Origin: Patescibacteria group bacterium
Lineage (GTDB): Bacteria > Patescibacteriota > Patescibacteriia > Patescibacteriales > UBA12465
Direction: 5' to 3'
Length of the DNA stretch: 64,000 nucleotides
Assembly: GCA_028696995.1 (NCBI GenBank)
Contig: JAQVFY010000001.1
Location: 18,444-82,443 of the forward strand
Shown here: one piece after another, positions 8,626-18,008 of the stretch
Layout: every line of letters starts with the position of its first letter
Position numbering within the stretch: the first letter of the stretch is position 1
Notes under the pieces: generated by a model
Database searches by the model: none
What the model saw: the letters and a program-made list of their open reading frames with translations, nothing else
Told to the model about the DNA's origin: nothing
Made by a program: the position numbers and the translations under genes

Positions 8626-11600
8626 ATGATTATTCGCTATTTTCGTTTATTATCTCCTAGTATGGAGATGTGTTTTAATGTAGAGGTAAATTCTTCATTA
8701 ACCGAGAAGGAGGAAAGTATTTTGACTTGGTTTTTGTCAGAAACTTTTCAGCCGGAAAATCTGAAAAAAGAGTCCAGTTTGACTTCGGACAATGTTATCG
8801 AGATTGGACCGCGGCTCAATTTTGCCACTCCCTGGAATACTAATGCTTTGGCAATTTTCCGGGAATGTGGTTTGTCAAAAATCGTCAGAATTGAAAGATC
8901 CCGGCGCTTGCTGAAAACAGATTCATCTGAGAATTCAATCTCTTCTCTCTATGATCGAATGACTGAGTGCCTGTGGGAGGAGGCCCCTCAAACATTTTTT
9001 TTAGAAAAAAAGCCTGAGGCGGTTTTCGAATTACCTTTGCTTGAGAAGGGACTAATTGCTTTTTCTGAAATTTCCGATTTCAAAGCAATGGATGAATTTG
9101 ATCGACAAGCCTACTATGATTATTTCGTAGGAGAACTGGGACGCAATCCAACTATTGTTGAAATCATGGATTTGAATAATGCCAATAGTGAACACTCGCG
9201 TCACGGTTATTTCAAGGCCAAGCAGATTATTGATGGGGTTGAGATGCCAGAGACTCTCATGGAAATTGTCAAATCAACCCTGCAAGGAGAAGTCGCGGAA
9301 GACAGTTTAGTGGCCTTTTGCGATAATTCCAGTGTTATTCGATGCTTTAGCAAAATCAATACCCTAATTCCTAAAAATCCCGGGTTTGTCTCAGGATTTT
9401 TGATGAAAAGTTTGCTTTATCATCATTTATTCACGGCCGAAACACACAATTTTCCATCCGGTATTGCTCCTTTTCCAGGGGCAGAAACAGGTACTGGAGG
9501 GAGAATTCGCGACGTTCAGGCCACTGGAATCGGCGGATTAACAATAGCTGGCACCGCTGGTTATTGTGTGGGAAACTTAAACCTTCCTTTTTGTAAATGG
9601 GAGAGGCTGTTGATTAATCCACAAAATTTGGCATCACCTCCGGACATTTTAATCCAAGCTTCTAATGGGACCTCTGATTACGGAAATAAATTTGGAGAGC
9701 CGGTGTTTTGTGGTTTTGTTAGGACCAGCGCCGTGTTTGTCGGAGGAGAAAGAAGAGAGTGGCTAAAACCCATCATGTTTACTGGAGGAATTGGGCAAAT
9801 TAATTCTATACACTTAGAGAAGGAATCACCAAAGCTCGGGATGAGTATTGTTCAGATTGGCGGACCTGCTTATCGTATTGGTTTCGGGGGCGGAAGCGCT
9901 TCATCATTAATGCAGGGCGAAAACAGGTCTGACTTGGACTTTAATGCTGTTCAGCGTGGAGATGCTGAAATGGAGCAAAAAATGAACAGAATTGTTCGAG
10001 CTTGCTCAGAAATGGGAGAAGATAATCCTATCATTAGCTTACATGACCAGGGGGCTGGAGGGCCCGCTAACGTTTTAAAAGAGTTGGTCGAAGAAACTGG
10101 TGGTAAGATTGATATTCGTAAAATTCAAATTGGAGATCCGACTATGTCGGTTTTGGAAATTTGGGTTTGTGAATATCAGGAACGCTTGGGTTTGGTGATT
10201 GATAACAATAGAATGGCAGAATTTCAAAATATTTGCTTACGTGAAAGAGTTAATTGCGAAGTTTTAGGCGAAGTTTTGGATAATGGTCATTTTATCGTCG
10301 TTGATTCCGAAGAAGGGGCTCTATATCCTGAGCCGGTTAACATGGACTTAAAAAAAGTTTTAGGTGGTATGCCACAAAAAACTTTTACTTCCGAAACCCT
10401 AAAAACAAATCTTCTTCCGATAGAAATACCGGAGAAGTATTCTGTTTTAGAGTTGATAATGAAAGTTTTGCAATTGCCATCAGTTGGAAGCAAGGCTTTT
10501 TTAACCAATAAAGTGGATCGTAGTGTTACCGGGCTTGTCGCTCAGCAACAATGTTGTGGTCCATTACAACTTCCTGTTTCTGACTACGCTGTAGTAGCCC
10601 AAAGTCATTTCAAAAACGATGATGGTAAATATTCTGGTGCAGTTACCAGTATCGGAGAGCAACCTATAAAAATGTTGCTTGATCCAGCAGCTGGCGCCCG
10701 TATGGCTGTAGGAGAAGCTTTCACTAACCTGATATTTGCCAAAATGGAACCCGAAAGTATTAAGTGTTCAGCCAATTGGATGGGTGCTCCGAAATTACCT
10801 GGAGAAGGGTCTAAGATGTACTCAGCGGCTACTGCTATGCGCGACTTAATGTTGCAATTAAAAATAGCGGTTGATGGTGGAAAGGACAGCTTAAGCATGG
10901 CAACAAAAGTCACTCATCCTGATAAAAGCGAGGAATTGGTTAAGTCTCCCTTGCAATTGGTAATTTCAACCTATGCTCCGATGGAGGATATTACTAAGAA
11001 AATTACTCCTGATTTGAAAAATAAAGGGGGATCCGTTTTGTTGTTTATTGATTTGGCTGGCGGTAAAAAACGTTTGGGGGGATCTGCTCTAGCCCAAGTT
11101 CTTGGGCAAGTAGGAGATGATTGTCCTGACGTAGAAGACCCAAATCTTCTTTTAAGGGTTAAATGGGTTGTTGATTTTTTGATAGAAGAAGCTTTAATTG
11201 ACGCTGGTCATGATGTCAGTGACGGAGGTTTAATAACTACTCTTTTGGAAATGGCTTTTTCTGGTGATATTGGGATAAAGCTTGATCTTCCAGTAAAGAA
11301 GGAGGGCGTCATTAACTTTCTTTTTGCAGAAGAATTAGGAGTAGTCATTGAGGTTAAGGAGGTGAATCTACCAGAGGTCCTTCTTACTTTAAAAGAAGAA
11401 CGTATTCCTTATTCAAAGCTTGGGAAAACCCTCTTTCATGATGCAAGAAGTAATTTTCATCCATTTTTTTCCTTCAGCTATAAAGGCGGGGTAAAAACAA
11501 CAACCCCATTAAGACATCTTTTGTCTAAATGGTCTGGATTTTCACATGAAATAGAAAGACTTCAGTCTAATCCAGCTACCGCCGATCAGGAATTTTCAAT

Positions 11601-12471
11601 CTTTGATAATCCTAGAGTTGGAATCAAATATCTTGTTTCTCCTTCCAATATTTCGAATTTGGAATTTACAGGAAAAAGAAGGTTTAAGGTGGCAATAATT
11701 CGGGCTGAGGGAAGTAACGGAGATCGTGAAATGACCAGTGCTTTTTACCTGGCTGGTTTTAATCCTTATGATGTTCATTTGTCAGACTTGCTTTCTGGCA
11801 AGGCTGATTTAAATGATTATCGAGGGATTGCTTTTGTTGGAGGTTTTAGTTACGCCGATGTGTTGGATTCAGCCAAAGGTTGGGCCGGGATTATAAAATT
11901 TAATGAGCACTTGAAAAAGATGTTCACTGACTTCTATAATCGTCCCGATACTTTTTCCCTGGGAATTTGTAATGGTTGCCAGTTATCAACTCTTCTGGGC
12001 TGGGTTCCTTTCAGCGATAAAGAAGAAAGCGAAAAAGCTAGGTTTATAAAAAACGACAGTGGTCGTTTTGAATCTCGCTGGGTGCAAGTTGGAATTTTAC
12101 CTAGTCCCGCTATTATGCTTCAGGGAATGGAGGGGGAAATTCTTGGTGTCTGGTCAGCTCACGGAGAAGGAAAATTCTTTTCTTCTGATTATGTTTTGGA
12201 GGAAATTTTGTATTCAAATTTAGCTCCGATCAGATACATGGATTATTCTTTGGATATTACTGAGAAATATCCTTTCAATCCCAATGGTTCTGTTTGGGGA
12301 ATTGCCGGTTTATGTGATCCTAGTGGTCGTCATTTAGCAATGATGCCTCATCCAGAAAGATCGTTTTTGAATTGGCAATGGCCTTGTAAAAGTGGACTTC
12401 CTGAAAACGAAGCCTCTCCCTGGTTACGGATGTTTATAAATGCCAGGAAGTGGTGTGAAAACAATGAGTAA
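8626..12471 (+). CDS. purL: phosphoribosylformylglycinamidine (FGAM) synthase, large single-chain type
   Basis: 1281 aa. FGAM synthase hallmarks: GAETGTGGRIRD, AIR-synthase-related domains, and a C-terminal class I glutamine amidotransferase (GICNGCQ, MMPHPER). SD aaggagg 8 nt upstream. GC visibly higher than background. Confidence 0.95.
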   Translation: MIIRYFRLLSPSMEMCFNVEVNSSLTEKEESILTWFLSETFQPENLKKESSLTSDNVIEIGPRLNFATPWNTNALAIFRECGLSKIVRIERSRRLLKTDSSENSISSLYDRMTECLWEEAPQTFFLEKKPEAVFELPLLEKGLIAFSEISDFKAMDEFDRQAYYDYFVGELGRNPTIVEIMDLNNANSEHSRHGYFKAKQIIDGVEMPETLMEIVKSTLQGEVAEDSLVAFCDNSSVIRCFSKINTLIPKNPGFVSGFLMKSLLYHHLFTAETHNFPSGIAPFPGAETGTGGRIRDVQATGIGGLTIAGTAGYCVGNLNLPFCKWERLLINPQNLASPPDILIQASNGTSDYGNKFGEPVFCGFVRTSAVFVGGERREWLKPIMFTGGIGQINSIHLEKESPKLGMSIVQIGGPAYRIGFGGGSASSLMQGENRSDLDFNAVQRGDAEMEQKMNRIVRACSEMGEDNPIISLHDQGAGGPANVLKELVEETGGKIDIRKIQIGDPTMSVLEIWVCEYQERLGLVIDNNRMAEFQNICLRERVNCEVLGEVLDNGHFIVVDSEEGALYPEPVNMDLKKVLGGMPQKTFTSETLKTNLLPIEIPEKYSVLELIMKVLQLPSVGSKAFLTNKVDRSVTGLVAQQQCCGPLQLPVSDYAVVAQSHFKNDDGKYSGAVTSIGEQPIKMLLDPAAGARMAVGEAFTNLIFAKMEPESIKCSANWMGAPKLPGEGSKMYSAATAMRDLMLQLKIAVDGGKDSLSMATKVTHPDKSEELVKSPLQLVISTYAPMEDITKKITPDLKNKGGSVLLFIDLAGGKKRLGGSALAQVLGQVGDDCPDVEDPNLLLRVKWVVDFLIEEALIDAGHDVSDGGLITTLLEMAFSGDIGIKLDLPVKKEGVINFLFAEELGVVIEVKEVNLPEVLLTLKEERIPYSKLGKTLFHDARSNFHPFFSFSYKGGVKTTTPLRHLLSKWSGFSHEIERLQSNPATADQEFSIFDNPRVGIKYLVSPSNISNLEFTGKRRFKVAIIRAEGSNGDREMTSAFYLAGFNPYDVHLSDLLSGKADLNDYRGIAFVGGFSYADVLDSAKGWAGIIKFNEHLKKMFTDFYNRPDTFSLGICNGCQLSTLLGWVPFSDKEESEKARFIKNDSGRFESRWVQVGILPSPAIMLQGMEGEILGVWSAHGEGKFFSSDYVLEEILYSNLAPIRYMDYSLDITEKYPFNPNGSVWGIAGLCDPSGRHLAMMPHPERSFLNWQWPCKSGLPENEASPWLRMFINARKWCENNE

Positions 12472-12482
12472 AAACTCGTAAA

Positions 12483-12507
12483 ACCCGATCTAGTGTCGGG
12501 TTTTTTA
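12483..12507 (+). terminator. intrinsic terminator after purL
   Basis: acccgatctagtgtcgggtttttt. Confidence 0.65.
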
Positions 12508-12510
12508 ATT

Positions 12511-12537
12511 AAAAAAGCCATCGAAGTTTCGATGGCT
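12511..12537 (-). terminator. intrinsic terminator for the minus-strand purM-purC-purE operon
   Basis: aaaaaagccatcgaagtttcgatggct. On the minus strand the hairpin is followed by T6. Confidence 0.55.
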
Positions 12538-12565
12538 GTGTTTAGAAAGAGAAGAACTCAATTTT

Positions 12566-12925
12566 TTATTTATCAAGCTCTTCAATTTCGTATTGGCATT
12601 CGGCATAAATAGCCGGATTTTTTTGGGCCAGGATGTTTAGCGCAGCTAAAACTGCGTTTTCATCAGGCCAGGTGGTTAGCAATGGAACATTTGATGGCAG
12701 GCGCAAGCTTGACCAGACGTCTTCCGGAAAATCCTTTAGGGTTGCCGGTAAGGCTATTACTGGCCATGAAGTTCTGGCGGCCAAAATTGGTCCCAGGCCA
12801 TTGCTTCGGCCAACTTTGGCGATAATTACACCACCATCAGGATGTTCTTGGATAATCTTTTCCAGTCTTAATAGGGCTGCGGCTGGGGACTTATGACCTG
12901 ACAATATTACATCAATTACAGACAC
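12566..12925 (-). CDS. purE: PurE-family (N5-CAIR mutase / AIR carboxylase-like) protein, truncated and divergent
   Basis: 119 aa. VIIAKVGRSNGLGPILAARTSWPVIALP matches PurE [28 protein letters not shown]. N-terminal VIDVILSGHKSP matches VGIIMGSDSD. About 30 aa including the conserved SAHRTP loop are absent. Confidence 0.6.
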   Translation of the reverse strand: MSVIDVILSGHKSPAAALLRLEKIIQEHPDGGVIIAKVGRSNGLGPILAARTSWPVIALPATLKDFPEDVWSSLRLPSNVPLLTTWPDENAVLAALNILAQKNPAIYAECQYEIEELDK

Positions 12926-13000
12926 CCCGATCTCTTTGAACCCCTCGGGTTGTATATTCGGTTTGTTGTCTTTACTGGATCCTCTCCAAATAACCAGGGC

Positions 13001-13960
13001 TTAATTTGGAAGACGGAAATTGTTAACCATTTGGCTAACTATTCCGTATTTTTTTTCCACTTCAGTCAGGTCTTCGCCCTGTCGGAAGCTTTCCTTGGAG
13101 AGCTCGGTCCAGTTCTTAGTGCGCAGTCGCCAGCTATCATTGTCAATGACATCGGCGACCATGAGTTGACCGGCAGAGTTAAAACCGAATTCGATTTTGA
13201 AATCAATCAGGCGCATATTTTGTTGTGCCCAGGCTGACTCCAGAACCAAGAAGGTTTTTCTGGTTATTTCCTCGATTACCTGGAGGATTTCTTGGGCAAC
13301 AATAGATGCGGCCTTGTCAAAAGATCCATCACCATGTTGAAAGAGTTTTTCTTCTGACACCAATATTCCGGAAAGACTCTTTGATATCAGTACCTTTTGA
13401 GGTTCAATGATTCGCTCAAGAAAGGCTGACTTTTCCCAGGAGGGAGTCTTAGGATGATAGAGTTCCCAAACTCCCACAGTATTTGGAATGATCAGGGGGT
13501 CTTCTTCTCCTTTTTCCGGGCTTAAACCTTCAATCACTTTTTCTCCTGAGATTTCAAGCTCACCCTTTGTTGTTTTAAGAAAAAGCTCGATTTTCAGGGA
13601 ATGAAAGCGATCTGGATTATTAGTATCAGTGCTCATGTTGGGGAAGCGTTTCAAATAGCTTCCTACGGCATATCGCCGAGCAATGACTTCCAGGGGAATC
13701 ATTTCGCAGTACGGTGCCAGAAAATCCGTTTCGCTCAATTGTTTTTCATAAGCAACGGGAATCCCGGCTGATTTCAGTAATTCAAAGACCCGGCAGGTTG
13801 TATTGGTAGCACATTTGGCCTTGGTCTCGAATTCTCGGGTTGCAAGGGGATCATCAAAAGCAGTAATCTTACTTTTGTTTTCAATAACAACCATTTCCGG
13901 GTTGTCTTTACATGACCAAACTTTTTTGGTCTTACCTTCAACGAGAAGTTCTTTTTTCAT
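13001..13960 (-). CDS. purC: SAICAR synthetase, long form
   Basis: 319 aa. LLVEGKTKKVW (PurC LYEGKAKKVY). RLIDFKIEFG (LVDFKLEFG). GC-rich. Confidence 0.9.
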   Translation of the reverse strand: MKKELLVEGKTKKVWSCKDNPEMVVIENKSKITAFDDPLATREFETKAKCATNTTCRVFELLKSAGIPVAYEKQLSETDFLAPYCEMIPLEVIARRYAVGSYLKRFPNMSTDTNNPDRFHSLKIELFLKTTKGELEISGEKVIEGLSPEKGEEDPLIIPNTVGVWELYHPKTPSWEKSAFLERIIEPQKVLISKSLSGILVSEEKLFQHGDGSFDKAASIVAQEILQVIEEITRKTFLVLESAWAQQNMRLIDFKIEFGFNSAGQLMVADVIDNDSWRLRTKNWTELSKESFRQGEDLTEVEKKYGIVSQMVNNFRLPN

Positions 13961-14005
13961 AGCGCTTGTTTTTTTGATGATTGGTTTAAATTGGTTAGTT
14001 TGTAA

Positions 14006-15349
14006 TTAAAAGATAAATGATCCATGGTCAGTATGAAGAATAACTTTATTGTCATTAGAGCTATTTTCTCTACAAAAGCCTAGGAGATAATTCTGGATAC
14101 GACATTCCAAGGCAACTTCTTCCACAGCTTTAATAAAGAAAGGATGATTTTCACCGACAACATCTATTCCAATTCCGCAGTTAAAGGCTTCATACATATT
14201 CTTCCAATCATCCTGACTTTTTTCTTGGATTAATTGGAAGATTTTCGGGGGAGTGGGCATGTGCTTGATATAGATAATACCTTTTCCAAGATTTTTGATC
14301 TTGGTAGCTCCGCCACCGGTGTTCATACTAATTCCGTGAAGCATGTGAAGGGCGTTTGCATTTTTTAAGGCAACTATTATTTTTTTTATAACAATTGCCC
14401 ACTGTCTGGTAGGAGAAAGAATTGCCCGGCTCATTTCCAATCCATGTATGGTCCTTAAATTGTAAGAGCCCTTATAGAAAGAAGGGTCATCCCTCCTTCT
14501 AATTCCGTGAAGCATGTGAAGGACGTTTGCATTTTTTAAGGCAACTATTATTTTTTTTATAACAATTGCCCACTGTCTGGTAGGAGAAAGAATCGCCCGG
14601 CTCATTTCCAATCCATGTATGGTTCTTAAATTGTAAGAGCCCTTATAGAAAGAAGGGTTATCCCTCCTTAGGTCGGGATATTCTCTATTGTAGCGAGAGC
14701 TCATCAAAACACTTCGGGCCATGGTTAGTCCATTGGACATCAGGCCGGAATTTTCGCTTTCTTCCCAAATAGCCTGGCCATTGCTTTGAAGACCAAAGAT
14801 TATATCTCCAGGTTGAACATTGCCAGAGATGATATTCTCTTTTTCTTCCCAGGCGGTTATAGCCATATCAAATACAGCTGATTTGACTTGGTCGCGTAGG
14901 TCGGCTGTTTCTCCGCCCAAGAAACTGATCTGGAATCCATTTTCCGAGTAAAGAGCTTTTAATTCCATGAAACGAAGTGCTATTCGCTTCATTACAAGCT
15001 CCTTTATCTCGGAGGGTAAATTTACATTTAGGACGTCGGTTATTAGCCAATGTCCAAAGACAAAGCCACTGGCAGCGATGTCGCCAGTATTCATTGACAG
15101 GGCGTCATCGACCATACCATCGAAAATGGCTTCATCTCCGGTTTCCCTATAATGCAATAATCTCTGTATGAATTTACTACCATCACCATCTTGGTGCTGG
15201 GTTATAACTTTGTCAGGGTTGTAAGGGTCGGTGATAATATTGACAAAAGCATCAGGATACTCGCTGTCAATAATCTTCTTGAAAATCGCTTTCACGTTGT
15301 CCTTCTGAGGATCTACCCCTAATTGCCGGTAAACACTTTCTTTTTTCAT
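14006..15349 (-). CDS. purM: AIR synthetase (PurM) carrying an internal 57-aa tandem duplication
   Basis: 447 aa. YRQLGVDPQKDNV matches PurM YKDAGVDIDAGN. MYEAFNCGIGIDVV matches MYRTFNCGVGMIIAL. The segment PSFYKGSYNLRTIHGLEMSRAILSPTRQWAIVIKKIIVALKNAN(V/A)LHMLHGI occurs twice in tandem. Confidence 0.85.
   Translation of the reverse strand: MKKESVYRQLGVDPQKDNVKAIFKKIIDSEYPDAFVNIITDPYNPDKVITQHQDGDGSKFIQRLLHYRETGDEAIFDGMVDDALSMNTGDIAASGFVFGHWLITDVLNVNLPSEIKELVMKRIALRFMELKALYSENGFQISFLGGETADLRDQVKSAVFDMAITAWEEKENIISGNVQPGDIIFGLQSNGQAIWEESENSGLMSNGLTMARSVLMSSRYNREYPDLRRDNPSFYKGSYNLRTIHGLEMSRAILSPTRQWAIVIKKIIVALKNANVLHMLHGIRRRDDPSFYKGSYNLRTIHGLEMSRAILSPTRQWAIVIKKIIVALKNANALHMLHGISMNTGGGATKIKNLGKGIIYIKHMPTPPKIFQLIQEKSQDDWKNMYEAFNCGIGIDVVGENHPFFIKAVEEVALECRIQNYLLGFCRENSSNDNKVILHTDHGSFIF
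14329..14672. repeat. 171-bp near-identical direct tandem duplication (2 copies, about 4 mismatches) inside purM, in frame
   Basis: Copy A about 14331-14501, copy B about 14502-14672. Both begin attccgtgaagcatgtgaagg(g/a)cgtttgcattttttaaggcaactattatttttttt. Confidence 0.85.
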
Positions 15350-15507
15350 GGTTCTTTGGTTTTTTTGATTATTTCATTTATTAATTATATTTTCAAAGAG
15401 CTAATAAAAAATATTATTATATTAATAATTATTTGTCAAATAAATTTGATTTTTCTAAGAAATAAGCTATAATAGGGAAGTATTAATTATTTATAATAAA
15501 TTTAAAT

Positions 15508-17859
15508 ATGAATAATAAAAAATTCTATTGTTTGGATATGTTTCCGTACCCCTCTGGTTCTGGTTTGCACGTTGGTCACGTTGAAGGTTATACTGCCTCA
15601 GACATTTTTAGTCGCTATAAAAGGATGAAAGGGTTTAATGTAATTCATCCTATGGGTTGGGATTCTTTTGGTTTACCAGCTGAAAATTATGCCATTAAAA
15701 CTGGTGTTCATCCCTCCAAAACAGTTGATACTGCCATTAATAATTTTACTTCTCAAATGAAAAAGTTAGGATTGGAATATGATTGGGAGAGAGAAGTTAA
15801 AACATCTAGCTCCGAATATTATAGATGGACTCAATGGTTATTTTTACTTTTATATAAAAACGGATTAGCCTATAAGAAAAAAGCCAAAGTTAATTGGTGC
15901 GAAAAATGTTCTACTGTTTTAGCTAACGAACAGGCCGAGACTGGATTTTGCGAACGTTGTGGTGATCAGGTGGTGCAAAAAGATTTGGAGCAATGGTTCT
16001 TTAAAATTTCCGACTTTATAGAAGACCAAGAATTTGAAGGCAAAAAGATAAAAGGACTTTTGTCAGGACTAGATGATATTGATTGGCCTCAAACTACTAA
16101 AATTGCTCAAAAAAATTGGATAGGCAAAAGTGTTGGCGCTGAAGTTATTTTTGCAATTAGTGATGATAAAGACAATTATAATTTAAATGTTTTTACCACT
16201 AGACCCGATACCCTATATGGTTGTACATATATGGCTATTAATCCTGAACATGAAATAGTTGAGAAGTTTAAAAATAGTATAAAAAATTTATCTGAAGTTT
16301 CTAAATATATCGAGGAATCCAAAAAGAAAACTGATATGGAAAAAATAATAGATGCAAAAGATAAAACTGGAGTTGAATTGGAGGGAATTTCTGCTATTAA
16401 TCCGTTGAATAATAAAAGAATAAAGATTTTTGTGGCTGATTATGTTTTATCTGGTTATGGTTCGGGTGCTATTATGGCTGTTCCAGCTCATGATGAGAGA
16501 GACTATGCTTTTGCTAAAAAATATAATTTAGAAATAATAGAAGTTATTAGTGGTGGAGACATTTCCAAAGAGGCTTATACTGGCGATGGGACTTTGATAA
16601 ATTCAGAAATAGTAAATGGTTTATCAGTTGAAGAAGCTAAGAAAAAAATTATAAAATATTTAGAAGATAAAAAGATTGGTCAGGCTTCGGTCAATTATCG
16701 TTTACGCGATTGGTTGATTTCTCGTCAAAGGTATTGGGGGGCTCCAATCCCTATTATTTATTGTGATAAATGCGGAGAACTTCCAGTCCCAGAAAAAGAT
16801 TTACCAGTGCTTTTACCAGAAGATGTTGATTTTTTGCCAACAGGGGAGTCACCATTAAAATATTCTAAGTCATTTCATGAAGTTAATTGTCCTCTTTGTG
16901 GAAAAAAAGCTCGTCGTGAAAATGATACTATGGATACTTTTGTTTGTTCTTCTTGGTATTATTTTAGATATTTAGATCCTAAAAATGAACAAATTTTTGC
17001 CGAAAAAGACAAGATTTCTCAATTTATGCCAGTAGATTTATATATCGGAGGGGCTGATCATAGCGTTATGCATTTACTTTATGCTAGATTCATAGCCAAG
17101 GTTTTACAAAGATATGATTATACCGATATTAATGAACCTTTTAAAAAACTGCGTCACCAAGGTATGATTTTAGCTGAAGATGGTAGTAAAATGAGCAAAT
17201 CGAAGGGTAGTGTGGTTAATCCTAATGATGTTGTTAGCGAATATGGAGCTGACGCTTTGAGATTATATGAAATGTTTATGGGTCCCTTAGAGGAGGTTAA
17301 ACCTTGGAATACTAAAAATATTTTAGGTGTTAAAAGATTTTTAGAAAAGACTGAAATTTTAAGTGAAAAGGTGGTAGAAGATGATTCTAAAAAAGATAGT
17401 CAGGATGTTATTTTAGAAATAAATAAAACTATAAAAAAAGTTGGGGAAGATATTGAGGAACTAAAATTCAATACTGCTATCTCACAATTAATGATCATGC
17501 TTAATCTTTTAGGAAAAAAAGAAAAGATTAGCTTTAATACTTGGAAAAAATTTTTGTTAGTGTTGGCTCCTTTTGCTCCTTTTACGAGCGAAAATCTTTG
17601 GCTAAAATTGAATGAAAAAAAATCTATTTTTGAAGTATCTTGGCCTGAATACGATTCTTCACTTTTAGCCGAAGAAAAAGTTTCTCTAGCGGTTCAATTT
17701 AATGGAAAAACAAGGGGATTAATTGATGTTGAACCAAATACTGAAGAAAGTGTTATTATATCGATGCTTAAGGATGATGAAAAGTTTAAAAAGTATTTAT
17801 CAGGTGCTTATAAAAAAGTTATTTATGTTAAGAATAGAATAATTAATTTTATTGTTTAA
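15508..17859 (+). CDS. leuS: leucyl-tRNA synthetase
   Basis: 783 aa. HIGH motif (PYPSGSGLHVGH), KMSKSKGS, and a CP1 editing region. Shorter than canonical, as in CPR. Confidence 0.95.
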   Translation: MNNKKFYCLDMFPYPSGSGLHVGHVEGYTASDIFSRYKRMKGFNVIHPMGWDSFGLPAENYAIKTGVHPSKTVDTAINNFTSQMKKLGLEYDWEREVKTSSSEYYRWTQWLFLLLYKNGLAYKKKAKVNWCEKCSTVLANEQAETGFCERCGDQVVQKDLEQWFFKISDFIEDQEFEGKKIKGLLSGLDDIDWPQTTKIAQKNWIGKSVGAEVIFAISDDKDNYNLNVFTTRPDTLYGCTYMAINPEHEIVEKFKNSIKNLSEVSKYIEESKKKTDMEKIIDAKDKTGVELEGISAINPLNNKRIKIFVADYVLSGYGSGAIMAVPAHDERDYAFAKKYNLEIIEVISGGDISKEAYTGDGTLINSEIVNGLSVEEAKKKIIKYLEDKKIGQASVNYRLRDWLISRQRYWGAPIPIIYCDKCGELPVPEKDLPVLLPEDVDFLPTGESPLKYSKSFHEVNCPLCGKKARRENDTMDTFVCSSWYYFRYLDPKNEQIFAEKDKISQFMPVDLYIGGADHSVMHLLYARFIAKVLQRYDYTDINEPFKKLRHQGMILAEDGSKMSKSKGSVVNPNDVVSEYGADALRLYEMFMGPLEEVKPWNTKNILGVKRFLEKTEILSEKVVEDDSKKDSQDVILEINKTIKKVGEDIEELKFNTAISQLMIMLNLLGKKEKISFNTWKKFLLVLAPFAPFTSENLWLKLNEKKSIFEVSWPEYDSSLLAEEKVSLAVQFNGKTRGLIDVEPNTEESVIISMLKDDEKFKKYLSGAYKKVIYVKNRIINFIV

Positions 17860-17922
17860 ATAGAGGTAAATTTTTATAGTATTTATTATTTTTCTCAAAT
17901 CTTTATTGTAATATATTTTTAT

Positions 17923-17955
17923 AAAGTCATTTATTTGACTTTATTTTCTTTTTAT
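17923..17955 (+). terminator. intrinsic terminator after leuS
   Basis: aaagtcatttatttgactttattttcttttt (7-bp perfect stem). Confidence 0.5.
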
Positions 17956-18008
17956 AATAATATTAATTGTTTCTTTAACAATTAAATAAAAACCAAAAAA
18001 AAATAAAG

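Noticed and set aside
10287-11778. Minus-strand ORFs (10287-10508, 10605-10913, 11596-11778) inside purL
   Set aside because: Embedded antisense ORFs within a 1281-aa gene with full-length homology.
12633-13237. + strand ORFs overlapping purE-like and purC
   Set aside because: Antisense shadow ORFs in GC-rich DNA.
15350-15507. Possible T-box leader upstream of leuS
   Set aside because: The spacer is only about 158 nt. No specifier-loop/T-box (AATTAGGGTGGNACCGCG-like) sequence is visible.
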